From NCBI GenBank assembly GCA_963675785.1, contig OY776562.1:1999774-2063773 (forward strand): a stretch of 64,000 bases of DNA, in the 5' to 3' direction. This DNA comes from Anaerolineae bacterium. GTDB taxonomy: Bacteria > Chloroflexota > Anaerolineae > UBA1429. A program made the position numbers and the translations under genes. This document shows positions 28,405 through 37,344 of this stretch, one piece after another (position 1 is the first letter of the stretch; each line of letters opens with the position of its first letter). The notes below the pieces were generated by a model, which saw only the letters and a list, made by a program, of their open reading frames with translations, was not told the origin of the DNA and searched no databases.

Positions 28405-28890
28405 CTATTGCTCCCTCTCTAGTTCGCTTATGCGGACCATAATTGCCGCCAATCGCTTTCGAAGTTCTGCGGCTTCACGAGCCAGACTGGCGATCTCTTC
28501 TTCTCTGGTCTTTTGTGCAACAGCTACAGAAGGGCCTGCGTGCGATCCAACCGTCGCATCGGCCACGGCAACAGCCTTTTTACTCAGGACCTGCGCCACA
28601 GCCTCACGAATAGTGCCGCTCTTGATCTGATATACAGCAATACCCGCAGCCGAAAGCACTTCCATCGCGTTGGGGCCTACGTTGCCCGTAATAACAGCCT
28701 CTGCGCCACGCTCTACAATGAACTGCGCACTTTGGATACCGGCCCCACCACTGGCCCCCGCCGAAGCATTCTCTGCCGCCTCGATTGCCATCGTCTCCGT
28801 ATCAACAAAAACGAGATTCGGGCACCGCCCAAACATCGGACTGATGGGGTCATCCAACTGAGACCCTTTGGCCGAGACAGCTATAAGCAC
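28405..28890 (-). CDS. NifX/NafY-like FeMo-cofactor-binding domain protein, paralog with coiled-coil tail
   Basis: MLIAVSAKGSQLDDPISPMFGRCPNLVFVD...AVITGNVGPNAMEVL, then REEEIASLAREAAELRKRLAAIMVRISELEREQ. Tandem paralog of the downstream gene. Confidence 0.65.
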   Translation of the reverse strand: MLIAVSAKGSQLDDPISPMFGRCPNLVFVDTETMAIEAAENASAGASGGAGIQSAQFIVERGAEAVITGNVGPNAMEVLSAAGIAVYQIKSGTIREAVAQVLSKKAVAVADATVGSHAGPSVAVAQKTREEEIASLAREAAELRKRLAAIMVRISELEREQ

Positions 28891-28963
28891 GGCGTACGCT
28901 CCCCTCTATTGATGCGTAAAAGTAACCTTAGCCGGAACATCCTAACACCGCCAGCAGGCCCTG

Positions 28964-29959
28964 TCAACTGTCTTCCGCAGCACCGGCAAGACCTGCCACA
29001 CAAGCTTGCTCGATTATGTCGAGAAGATGGAGCATCACCTCTAGATCGACCGGCTCTAGTAGCTGATTGCGCCATTCGGTAGCCTTATGCAGGCCCCGCA
29101 CATAACGCACCAGGTGTTTACGAAACTGAATGATGCCTCGCTGCTCACCATCAATGGCAACCATCTCCAGCAAATGCCGTCGGATCATAGCAAAGCGTTG
29201 CTCTAGCGGCACGTTCTCAATATCGACGCGGGCGAATATCCAGGGGTTCCCCACAGCGCCACGACCGATCATCACACCCTGACAGCCAGTAACCTCATAA
29301 ATGGCATCGATGTCGGCGACACTGCGCACATCGCCATTGGCGACTATGGGAATCTGCACCGCTTTAACCACGCGAGCAATAGCCTGCCAATCGGCCTGAC
29401 CACTGTATGCCTGTTCTTTGGTGCGACCGTGTACAGCTACCATGGCCGCACCGTTATCCTCCAGAACTCGAGCAGCCTCAACATGAACAAGGGACTCGGC
29501 ATCCCAGCCCAGGCGAATCTTGGCCGTAACCGGCACCGACAGCGATGAGGTCAGGGCGTTCATGATGACACCTATGTGGTCTAGTTCTTTCAGGAGAGCG
29601 GCGCCGCGGCCTCCCCCGGCAACACGGCGTGCAGGGCAGCCCATGTTTATGTCGATGAAATTGGGGTGTGCATAGGCGATAACTGCCTCAGCTGCACGCA
29701 AGAGTTGTTCTGGCTCGCGGCCCAACAGTTGAACCGATAGTGGGCGTTCTTCTTCTGTATAGGCGAACAGCGGCTGGCCGCGTTCGACCATGTGAACCAG
29801 CCCCTCATCAGAAAGAAGCTCAGTATAGCTGATAGCCGAACCCTGCTCGCGGCAGATGCGCCGAAAGGGAGCATCCGAGTACCCGGCCATGGGGGCCAGG
29901 ATCAGATCGCCATCCAGCTCTTTGTCCGCAATTGTCAGAGGAGGGTGTGAACCCTGCAT
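28964..29959 (-). CDS. tRNA-dihydrouridine synthase
   Basis: LAPMAGYSDAPFRRI, INMGCP, FMN-binding TIM-barrel Dus signature and a C-terminal helical domain. Confidence 0.85.
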   Translation of the reverse strand: MQGSHPPLTIADKELDGDLILAPMAGYSDAPFRRICREQGSAISYTELLSDEGLVHMVERGQPLFAYTEEERPLSVQLLGREPEQLLRAAEAVIAYAHPNFIDINMGCPARRVAGGGRGAALLKELDHIGVIMNALTSSLSVPVTAKIRLGWDAESLVHVEAARVLEDNGAAMVAVHGRTKEQAYSGQADWQAIARVVKAVQIPIVANGDVRSVADIDAIYEVTGCQGVMIGRGAVGNPWIFARVDIENVPLEQRFAMIRRHLLEMVAIDGEQRGIIQFRKHLVRYVRGLHKATEWRNQLLEPVDLEVMLHLLDIIEQACVAGLAGAAEDS

Positions 29960-31093
29960 TTAACGCACCGTTCTCTTGCCACCACCCTGCTCCCAGCTAG
30001 CAAGCAAGGCCTGGACTTCTTCTCGGGTCACCACAGGCAGATCGAACATCATGGTCTGCTTGAGGCAGCTAGCTGCATCGCCCACCAGAACACCCTTTTG
30101 CAAGGCTGCTGCAGCACCAGTTTCTGTGAGCAAACCATAATAAAAGCCGGCATTCCAGGCATCGCCGCCACCCAGACGGTCCAATAAGGTGATGCTACGC
30201 ACGGCAGGCGAGCGATAAAAATGCCCCTCGGCATCCATGGCCGCAGATTCCCAACGATGCTGCTCAAAACTATCAGGGTAGCGCAGCGTAAGTGCTACCA
30301 AACGCAGGCCAAAACGCTGCAACAGCCCGCGCATAAACACTTGCAAGTCATCATCAGACACAGGCCCCAGATCACCGTTCACAATCGCCTGGGGGCTATA
30401 CTGGCCAATGCCAATATCGTACAAGCCGGCGATGTTGACGATACTGGTGATAAGAATGTCTACCTGCTCCTCCAGGATTGGCGTCATCACCGCCAACGCT
30501 TCCTGTTTGCCCCACAGGGTAGAGCGATAGTTATAATCCAAGCCGACCAAACAATCCGTGGGGCGAGCCACCATAGCCTCATTAAAGGCTTCGAGCAGAT
30601 AATTGCGGGCATAACCGCTGTGGCGGGCCAAACCAAAGGAGATGCCAGATGTGTGAAAGAGCCGGCAGCCTGCTAGCGCTTGTTCCCAGTCCACCATGCC
30701 AGCACCGAGCTTGCTGGCCGCCGAGTGCATTCGCTGATACCAGCCCGCACCAGGGCGCGGCGTACGGCCCAATTCATACAAAAACCGCCCGATGGGCTCT
30801 GTTTGAGGGGCCCAACAAAAATGCTCCGTGTTGACGCCCATAGAACGGGCAATATCCCGTACCTGCCAGCCATAGGGATTATCGGGTACGCGCGTGATAA
30901 AGGAAGAAGACAGCCCCAGACGCTGCAGAGCAATAGCCAAAGAGTATTCACTGCCTGCTAAAGAGACATCCACTCGCCGCGTACGCTCCAAACGCTCGCC
31001 ATCAGCGGGCGTATCCCGTACCATCACTTCGCCAAAGGTGACAAAGGCGTTTGCACCCAACGCCTCAGGAGTATCTGCTAGGATATCGAACAT
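29960..31093 (-). CDS. PfkB-family carbohydrate kinase (KdgK/ribokinase-like)
   Basis: Ribokinase-fold motifs (GAGDAW-like DRLGGGDAWNAGFYYGL, i.e. a GG...DA anion hole). Strong RBS GGAGGAAG. Immediately upstream of dus with adjacent stop/start. Confidence 0.7.
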   Translation of the reverse strand: MFDILADTPEALGANAFVTFGEVMVRDTPADGERLERTRRVDVSLAGSEYSLAIALQRLGLSSSFITRVPDNPYGWQVRDIARSMGVNTEHFCWAPQTEPIGRFLYELGRTPRPGAGWYQRMHSAASKLGAGMVDWEQALAGCRLFHTSGISFGLARHSGYARNYLLEAFNEAMVARPTDCLVGLDYNYRSTLWGKQEALAVMTPILEEQVDILITSIVNIAGLYDIGIGQYSPQAIVNGDLGPVSDDDLQVFMRGLLQRFGLRLVALTLRYPDSFEQHRWESAAMDAEGHFYRSPAVRSITLLDRLGGGDAWNAGFYYGLLTETGAAAALQKGVLVGDAASCLKQTMMFDLPVVTREEVQALLASWEQGGGKRTVR

Positions 31094-31130
31094 GCACTTC
31101 CTCCTTCATCTATCCGGGTTCTTCTTATTT

Positions 31131-31195
31131 GCCGGATACAAAACAATCCGGACGGATACAAAACAATCCGGGCGGATAAAAAACAATCCGGATGA
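31131..31195. repeat. three tandem about 20-bp direct repeats, each with an ATCCG-N2-CGGAT inverted repeat (putative operator array)
   Basis: CGGATACAAAACAATCCGGA / CGGATACAAAACAATCCGGG / CGGATAAAAAACAATCCGGA. A fourth degenerate copy (TATCCGGGTT) lies at about 31111. The array sits 40-100 bp upstream of the pfkB start codon. Confidence 0.6.
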
Positions 31196-31200
31196 TGAAA

Positions 31201-31232
31201 AGCACCGCACGACCAAGGCCGTGCGGTGCTGC
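31201..31232 (-). terminator. terminator hairpin after flotillin gene
   Basis: Perfect 10-bp stem GCACCGCACG / CGTGCGGTGC with an 8-nt loop, followed on the minus strand by TTTTCATCAT. Confidence 0.45.
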
Positions 31233-31247
31233 GATGCGAACTAACGA

Positions 31248-32753
31248 TCATTCAGCCTTGCTGGTTGACATCTCTCCAGCGTCGGTCTGCGTGTCTGCGG
31301 CACTGGCAGGCTTATCTTCCGTAGAAGCATCCTTTGCCAAAACCTGGCTTGATTCAGACTCGATGTTCCCCAAATACTCGGGGAGCTCAAGCCCTGCCAT
31401 TTTGGCTACTTCGTGCATGGGAGGCAGCACGCCAACCAGGCGTCGTCCAAGGCCAGAAAGTCCTCCTTCATCAGAACCCGAATCCCAAACCATGACCTTT
31501 TCGATGGGCAGGTCTTTGATGGCCTGAGCCTGAACGCCAGCCACCTCAGCGAGCTTTTCGATGACCAGGAAGGTCGATGCGGCCTGAGAACCACCGCAGG
31601 CGTTCACAAGCTGCTTGTATCCATCAGCCTTGGCGTCCAGAATTGCCTGGGTGCCCTCAGCCTCGGCGAACATCTTGGCCTTGACGGCGTTGGCAGCACC
31701 TGTAGCGACCAATTCCTGGCGCTGCTTTTCGGCTTGTGCTGCAATCGTAACCTGTTCGAGGTTTGCCTGAGCAGGCACAATCACTTCGGCCTTTAAGCGT
31801 GCATTCTCGCGCTCGGCACGGGCGATTTCAGCGTTACGCTGGGCATTCTCTTCTGCCACACGGATGGCACCATCAGCCACGCGAGAAGCCTCTTGCGCCA
31901 GGCGTCGCGCCTCTTGCTGAATGACTTCTTTATCGGCCGTGTACTGGGCCTTTTTAGCATCGTTTTGCGTTTCGGTTTGAACAGCCTGAGCATCCAGGTC
32001 AGCAAGTTGCTGACGGCGATCTCGCTCGGCCTCTTTTTCGCCGATCTCGGCAGCAGCCTCAGCGGCGGCAACAGACCGACGACGGTCACGCACGCGCTCA
32101 GCAACACCCGTCTGACCCGTCTTTTCCTGCTCTGCCACATCAATCAAAGCCTGGTTGATGGCCTCAGCGGCAGCCTTACGGCCGATAGCCTGGATGTAGC
32201 CGCTCTCATCCGAAATATCTCGAACGTTGACGTTGATAACCGAAAGGCCGACTTTTTCCAATTCGCCAGAAAGCGCTTCATTGACGCGCTCCATAAAGGC
32301 CAGTCGGTCACGGTTGATCTCTTCAATCGCCATGGTAGCAATGACGGCACGCATCTGACCAAGGATGATGTCCTCGGCCTGACTCTGAATCTGCTCTTTG
32401 CTCAGGCCCAACAGGCGCACTGCGGCATTGGCCATCAGCGCCGGATCGGTCGAAATAGCAGTTGTGACCGTGGTGGGCACAGAAACACGAATGTTTTCGA
32501 TGCTCAGTGCGTTATCGAGCTCGATGGGCACTGCAAAGGGCTCAAGGCTCAGATACGCATAATCCTGGATGAGCGGCCACACGAACGCCGCGCCACCGTG
32601 GATCGTCTTGGCAACGCCCCGATTTGTTTTACCATAGACTACCAGTATCCGGTTAGACGGACACCTCCTAAAGCGCCGCGCCAGCGTGAGGAACAACGCC
32701 AGCACAATGAGTGCCAGGATAAAAGCCAAAATTACAGCTTGACTACCGTCCAT
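31248..32753 (-). CDS. flotillin / SPFH (band 7) domain protein
   Basis: N-terminal TM anchor, SPFH domain, long Ala/Glu-rich coiled-coil (EA-repeat region) typical of bacterial flotillins (FloT/YuaG). Start at MDGSQ with AAGGAG upstream. Confidence 0.8.
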   Translation of the reverse strand: MDGSQAVILAFILALIVLALFLTLARRFRRCPSNRILVVYGKTNRGVAKTIHGGAAFVWPLIQDYAYLSLEPFAVPIELDNALSIENIRVSVPTTVTTAISTDPALMANAAVRLLGLSKEQIQSQAEDIILGQMRAVIATMAIEEINRDRLAFMERVNEALSGELEKVGLSVINVNVRDISDESGYIQAIGRKAAAEAINQALIDVAEQEKTGQTGVAERVRDRRRSVAAAEAAAEIGEKEAERDRRQQLADLDAQAVQTETQNDAKKAQYTADKEVIQQEARRLAQEASRVADGAIRVAEENAQRNAEIARAERENARLKAEVIVPAQANLEQVTIAAQAEKQRQELVATGAANAVKAKMFAEAEGTQAILDAKADGYKQLVNACGGSQAASTFLVIEKLAEVAGVQAQAIKDLPIEKVMVWDSGSDEGGLSGLGRRLVGVLPPMHEVAKMAGLELPEYLGNIESESSQVLAKDASTEDKPASAADTQTDAGEMSTSKAE

Positions 32754-33474
32754 TCTGAACTCCTTTATTTGCTTCAATGTCGCCAGCCAAAGAGACGGAT
32801 AGAACCCCATCACTACTGACGCTACGAACAATGACCTCTTGCCCCGCTACAAGCTCGCTCCCCTCGGCGGATCTCGCCCGAAGATACGAAAGCCGATCGT
32901 CGGCAAGAACTCGCACTTGCCCAGTGCCTTCCGCAGGTATACGAATGTACACCGTAGCCGTTTTCCCAATCGTCGATGATAGCTTTAGATTTCCTTCTTC
33001 GGTCAGCTTGGGCAAGAGCCAGAAAAAACCAGCCACAATCAGCATACCAGCCAAGCCCCAAGCCAGGGCGATCAACAAACTATTTGCGATGCTAGCGTTA
33101 TCTTGCAGGTACAGGGCCCCAGCCCAGCTAAAAAGCGTGCCAAAGGCAAGTACCGAACGCACAGACAGTAAACGGAAAGTAGCCAAACCACCGCTATCTT
33201 CGACAAGGTTGCCATCTGCTGTGCCGGCGTCCCCATGAATGTCACCGTGGATATCGCCATGGATATCCATGTGCAAATCCACATGAGACAAATCCACATC
33301 GCCACCCATATCAACATCCATGCCGCCAGTGCCTGCGTCCAGGTCGGCATCTCCTGCGCCGCCCAACCCAATGATCGAGGCGATGAGTTGCCAGCCAAAG
33401 AGCACGCTGAAGAATACAGCGCCACCCCAGAAAATCTGATTCAAAAGCGAAAGATCATTCCACCAGGCAGCCAT
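32743..33474 (-). CDS. NfeD-family membrane protein (flotillin partner, YuaF-like) with His/Asp-rich tandem repeat
   Basis: N-terminal TM helices, C-terminal OB-fold-like beta region. It sits upstream of, and overlaps, the flotillin start, the conserved nfeD-flotillin arrangement. Contains MDVDMGGDVDLSHVDLHMDIHGDIHGDIHGD. Confidence 0.7.
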   Translation of the reverse strand: MAAWWNDLSLLNQIFWGGAVFFSVLFGWQLIASIIGLGGAGDADLDAGTGGMDVDMGGDVDLSHVDLHMDIHGDIHGDIHGDAGTADGNLVEDSGGLATFRLLSVRSVLAFGTLFSWAGALYLQDNASIANSLLIALAWGLAGMLIVAGFFWLLPKLTEEGNLKLSSTIGKTATVYIRIPAEGTGQVRVLADDRLSYLRARSAEGSELVAGQEVIVRSVSSDGVLSVSLAGDIEANKGVQNGR

Positions 33475-33511
33475 GAAATCTCCTTATCTGCCGCAACAAA
33501 TACACAAACTA

Positions 33512-34474
33512 CTAGAACTGTATGGATTCGCCAGCCTGTGCGGCCCAAGCGATCTCGATAGATCGTAGCGAATCGCTGACAGTGGGCGACAATGCCTTTT
33601 GAGCACGGAGCGCTTCCACAAAGGCTGCACTCTCGCCCCAAAAGCCGCAGATACGTTCTGGCGGCTCGGAATCCTCATTCTCCAGGCGCTCAACCAGCTT
33701 GCCGCGTTCATATCCCTCATAAAAGCCAGGATAGTGCGTCAACCAATCAGTGAGGCCATCGGCAATGCAGGTGTAATCGCCAGCATGACCAGAATAGCGC
33801 TCACTCTGGACGCCCACCTGCGGGAGCATCTCCATACGACCGCTGGCCCCACCCGCAAAAGCAAAGGCGACCAAACGACTGCCTCGACGCCCGACGATCG
33901 TCTCGATTGAATCCACGCGATCATCAGCCAAATAGCACAGCGCATCTAGGCCGTGCAGGCCAGTGGCAAAAGGGAACACATCTTCATCGCGATGCGTACG
34001 GTAAAACTGGCAGGACACTGCATCCGCGCCGCCGCGGGCTCGAAGCTGATCGCGCATGCGCACCAAGAAAGGCGTAAACCGCCGGTTAAAGGCCACCATG
34101 TTGGGCGTTCCGGTTTCCCGGGCGATGGTTGCTAACTCGCGCGCCTCAGCCAGATTTGCTCCGGGCGGCTTTTCCATCAGTGTGGGTACGCCTGCCCGCA
34201 GAAAATAGCCGGAAACTTGACACGTGAGTGCCACCGGCACCAACACCCAAACAGCGTCGAGCTGCGCTCGTTCGACGAGTTGATGGTAATCACTATAGGC
34301 AGCCTCAAAGCCGTATTGTGCCGCCGCGGCAGATGCTCGATCGGCATCGACATCACAGACGGCAGCCAGCACCAAATCGCCGTGCTCACGCGCCAAAGCA
34401 CGTAACGACGGCAAATGGTAGCGGTTTGCAATGCTGCCCACGCCTACAACGCCGATACGCACATATGCCTCCAT
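33512..34474 (-). CDS. Gfo/Idh/MocA-family NAD(P)-dependent oxidoreductase
   Basis: Rossmann N-terminus (VRIGVVGVGSIANRYHLP) and a GFO_IDH_MocA C-terminal domain. Likely GTG start at 34462. Confidence 0.75.
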   Translation of the reverse strand: MEAYVRIGVVGVGSIANRYHLPSLRALAREHGDLVLAAVCDVDADRASAAAAQYGFEAAYSDYHQLVERAQLDAVWVLVPVALTCQVSGYFLRAGVPTLMEKPPGANLAEARELATIARETGTPNMVAFNRRFTPFLVRMRDQLRARGGADAVSCQFYRTHRDEDVFPFATGLHGLDALCYLADDRVDSIETIVGRRGSRLVAFAFAGGASGRMEMLPQVGVQSERYSGHAGDYTCIADGLTDWLTHYPGFYEGYERGKLVERLENEDSEPPERICGFWGESAAFVEALRAQKALSPTVSDSLRSIEIAWAAQAGESIQF

Positions 34475-34607
34475 GAATAACAGACTGCCTCATCTTAGGT
34501 TGACAGCGAACGCGCGTCAACTATATACCATATCGCGGTTGCACTTGATGCACTGCCTGCCTATGATGCAGCCATTATTTATTGCACATCAGGAGTGCGT
34601 GCCAATT

Positions 34608-35828
34608 ATGCCAACTGTTCGCGCCGTCAAATGCTCTCATGATGCCAGCGATGACCAAGTACTCGCTTCGCTGATCCGCGCTACAGATCCGCTGGCCGAT
34701 GCCTGGGCAAAGCTGGAAACTGCCAAACTAATCACCATCAAGTTCAACCAAGCCTGGCCCAATGCCCGAATAAGAACATTCCGCGGCCAAAACCAGGAAC
34801 ACGTCGATGAGCGAGTGGCTCGCGCCCTGCTCACACTGCTCAAACAACGCACCAAGGCCCGTATCGCCATCTGTGATATTAGTGTAGAGGGCGGAGGCGG
34901 TGGGCTGGGCGATTATGCCCTTATGCCAGTCTTTCGTGAATTCGATGTCGATGTCATCGATGGCGACCAGCCACCCTACACCTTGGTCGATGTGCCACAT
35001 GATCAGGGGCTATTCAAACGCTATATGTTGCCCGAGTGCGTAGCCCATGCCGACGCCGTCATCTCGGTGCAAAAGATCAAAAACCACAAAGCGATGGGCG
35101 TCACCTTGTGTATGAAGAACCTCTTTGGCTTGCTTACCCGCGATCCCTGGTTCCACGGCCGACACTATTTTCACCACTTTGTACGGTTGCCTCACATGTT
35201 GGCAGATCTGGGCGCCATCATCCAGCCCTGCCTGAATGTGCTGGATGGCCTCTCTTCACAAAGAGGGGGCGAATGGAACGGAAAGCCCTTTGTAACGAAC
35301 ACGCTCATGGCTGGTGACAATGTGGTCTCCACGGATGCCATGGCCACCCACTTGATGGGACACAACCCCTTGGGTGATTATCCATCGCCCCCCTATATAC
35401 GCGATAAGAACCATTTAGGTATCGCCCATCGGGCCGGAACTGGCACAGCCGACCGCAGTGAGATTGATTTCGAGAGCGAAGTGGACGAGCCCATTGGCCA
35501 ATTCTACTGCGAGCGCATGTCTTCGCCTGAGCAGACGCGTAGCTGGCTGAGGACAACCTGCGAACAGGCCCTTTATTATCGCGATAACATGGCACGCTTT
35601 TCAGCTTACGCCGGACGATATATCCTATTGCAGGATCAGGTGGTGCGCTGGGTGGGTGATTCGGCGCGACTGCAGATTAGCCGCAGTGTGCTGTCAGGCG
35701 GGAATCCCGATAGCGCCATGTGGCTCAAGTATGTCGACCCCGACGAGACCGAGGGTGAGAACTATGCCATTTACAAAGATCTTCTCCAGGAGCTCGACTG
35801 GATAGAGCGTTATCGCCGGCACAGTTAG
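34608..35828 (+). CDS. DUF362-family protein
   Basis: DUF362 assigned on overall arrangement only; no catalytic motif recognised. Start set at MPTVRAVKC. The longer ORF-track N-terminus overlaps a divergent promoter region and was trimmed. Confidence 0.5.
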   Translation: MPTVRAVKCSHDASDDQVLASLIRATDPLADAWAKLETAKLITIKFNQAWPNARIRTFRGQNQEHVDERVARALLTLLKQRTKARIAICDISVEGGGGGLGDYALMPVFREFDVDVIDGDQPPYTLVDVPHDQGLFKRYMLPECVAHADAVISVQKIKNHKAMGVTLCMKNLFGLLTRDPWFHGRHYFHHFVRLPHMLADLGAIIQPCLNVLDGLSSQRGGEWNGKPFVTNTLMAGDNVVSTDAMATHLMGHNPLGDYPSPPYIRDKNHLGIAHRAGTGTADRSEIDFESEVDEPIGQFYCERMSSPEQTRSWLRTTCEQALYYRDNMARFSAYAGRYILLQDQVVRWVGDSARLQISRSVLSGGNPDSAMWLKYVDPDETEGENYAIYKDLLQELDWIERYRRHS

Positions 35829-35838
35829 GAGAGTAACA

Positions 35839-37308
35839 ATGCAAGCCGAACGCCCCAATATCCTCATCTTTATGAACGATCAGCAAGGCGCTGAACCGAC
35901 CATGCCTGGGCACCCCTGTGCCACGCCTAACGCCGACCGATTGGCTGCTGAGGGCGTTCTCTTTGCCAACGCCTACACTTGCACGGCCCACTGCTGCCCC
36001 TCGCGGGCCTCGTTTATGACAGGGCTAATGCCCAGCCGTCACGGCGTCTATAACAATGTGCTCAATGATGCCGCTATTCACGAATCGCTCAATCCTGGGA
36101 TCACCACCTTTAGCGAGGTGCTGGCGGGGAATGGCTACAACCTGGCTTATTCGGGCAAGTGGCACGTCTCTGCCACCGAAGGTCCCTCGGAGCGGGGTTG
36201 GGAGACCTATTTCAGCTCGGCGGTAGAGGGCGAATGGCACGGCACCCGCTGGGAGCGCTACAGAGCCATGGCCCAAGAGCCAGAGGATACCTCACCGCGC
36301 GGCCAAGGTGAGCTAGACCGGCCCGGCTGGGGGCGTTACCGTTTGTACGGTACTCGCCCCGCCGATCCCGAGACGGATCCGTTCAACCCACATGACTTGC
36401 AGGCCATACAAAGCGGCATTCGGGCACTCAATAATCTGGCGTCTGGCAACAAGCCCTGGTGTTTATATGTTGGCCCTGTGGGCCCGCACGACCCCTATAT
36501 CATTCCCGAGCATTATGCCACCATGTATGATCCGGCCAGCATTGAACTGCCACCCAGCTTTTATGATAACCTGCTGGACAAGCCCCGCGTCTATCAGCGA
36601 CAACGCCAATTCTGGAACCAGATGAGCGAGGATGAGTATCGTCAGGCTATCGCCCATTACTGGGGCTTTTGCACCATGCAAGATGACTTGTTGGGTATGG
36701 TACTGGATGCCCTGGACGAATCTGGCCAAGCTGAAAACACACTGGTCATTTTCATGTCGGATCACGGCGATTACTGCGGCGCTCACGGCTTGTTCATGAA
36801 GGGTGTAGCGGCCTTTGACGAGTGCTACCACATTCCCTGCATCATGCGTTGGCCACGCGGCATCAAGAACCCAGGGCGTGTCATCGACGAGTATATCTCT
36901 CATATCGACTTTGCCCCCACCTTTTGCCAGATGACCGGCTGCCAAATGCCAGAGAGTTCCGGACGCAGTATGATCCCCTTGTTACACGACAAGGAGATGG
37001 TGGATTGGCCCGATGCCATCTACAGCCAGATGAACGGCGTTGAGCTATACTATTCACAGCGCTTTGTGCGCACCCATGAATGGAAATACGTCTATAACGG
37101 ATTCGATTTCGACGAGTTGTATAATCTGGTGGAGGATCCCCACTGCATGCGCAACCTGGCCCAAGATCCCCGCTATCTGCCAGTGATCAAAGAAATGTGC
37201 AGCCGCATGTGGAAAAAGGGCTATGAGGAGCGGGACATCAATTGCAATCCCTATCCTACTGTAAGTCTGGCACCCTTTGGCCCTATGGTAGGATTGCAAG
37301 ACCTTTAG
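35839..37308 (+). CDS. formylglycine-dependent sulfatase (arylsulfatase family), no signal peptide
   Basis: C-x-P-S-R formylglycine motif (HCCPSRASFMTG), N-terminal metal-ligand D/Q residues (FMNDQQG), C-terminal sulfatase fold motifs (SDHGD). Confidence 0.85.
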   Translation: MQAERPNILIFMNDQQGAEPTMPGHPCATPNADRLAAEGVLFANAYTCTAHCCPSRASFMTGLMPSRHGVYNNVLNDAAIHESLNPGITTFSEVLAGNGYNLAYSGKWHVSATEGPSERGWETYFSSAVEGEWHGTRWERYRAMAQEPEDTSPRGQGELDRPGWGRYRLYGTRPADPETDPFNPHDLQAIQSGIRALNNLASGNKPWCLYVGPVGPHDPYIIPEHYATMYDPASIELPPSFYDNLLDKPRVYQRQRQFWNQMSEDEYRQAIAHYWGFCTMQDDLLGMVLDALDESGQAENTLVIFMSDHGDYCGAHGLFMKGVAAFDECYHIPCIMRWPRGIKNPGRVIDEYISHIDFAPTFCQMTGCQMPESSGRSMIPLLHDKEMVDWPDAIYSQMNGVELYYSQRFVRTHEWKYVYNGFDFDELYNLVEDPHCMRNLAQDPRYLPVIKEMCSRMWKKGYEERDINCNPYPTVSLAPFGPMVGLQDL

Positions 37309-37344
37309 ATCTAGAACCTTTAGATCTGCGATCTATGGAAGGAG

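Noticed and set aside
28109-29082. Plus-strand ORFs of 173 and 189 aa
   Set aside because: Antisense to the two NifX-like genes and the dus 3' end.
31893-32819. 308-aa ORF on the plus strand
   Set aside because: Antisense to the flotillin gene, whose SPFH and coiled-coil features are unambiguous.
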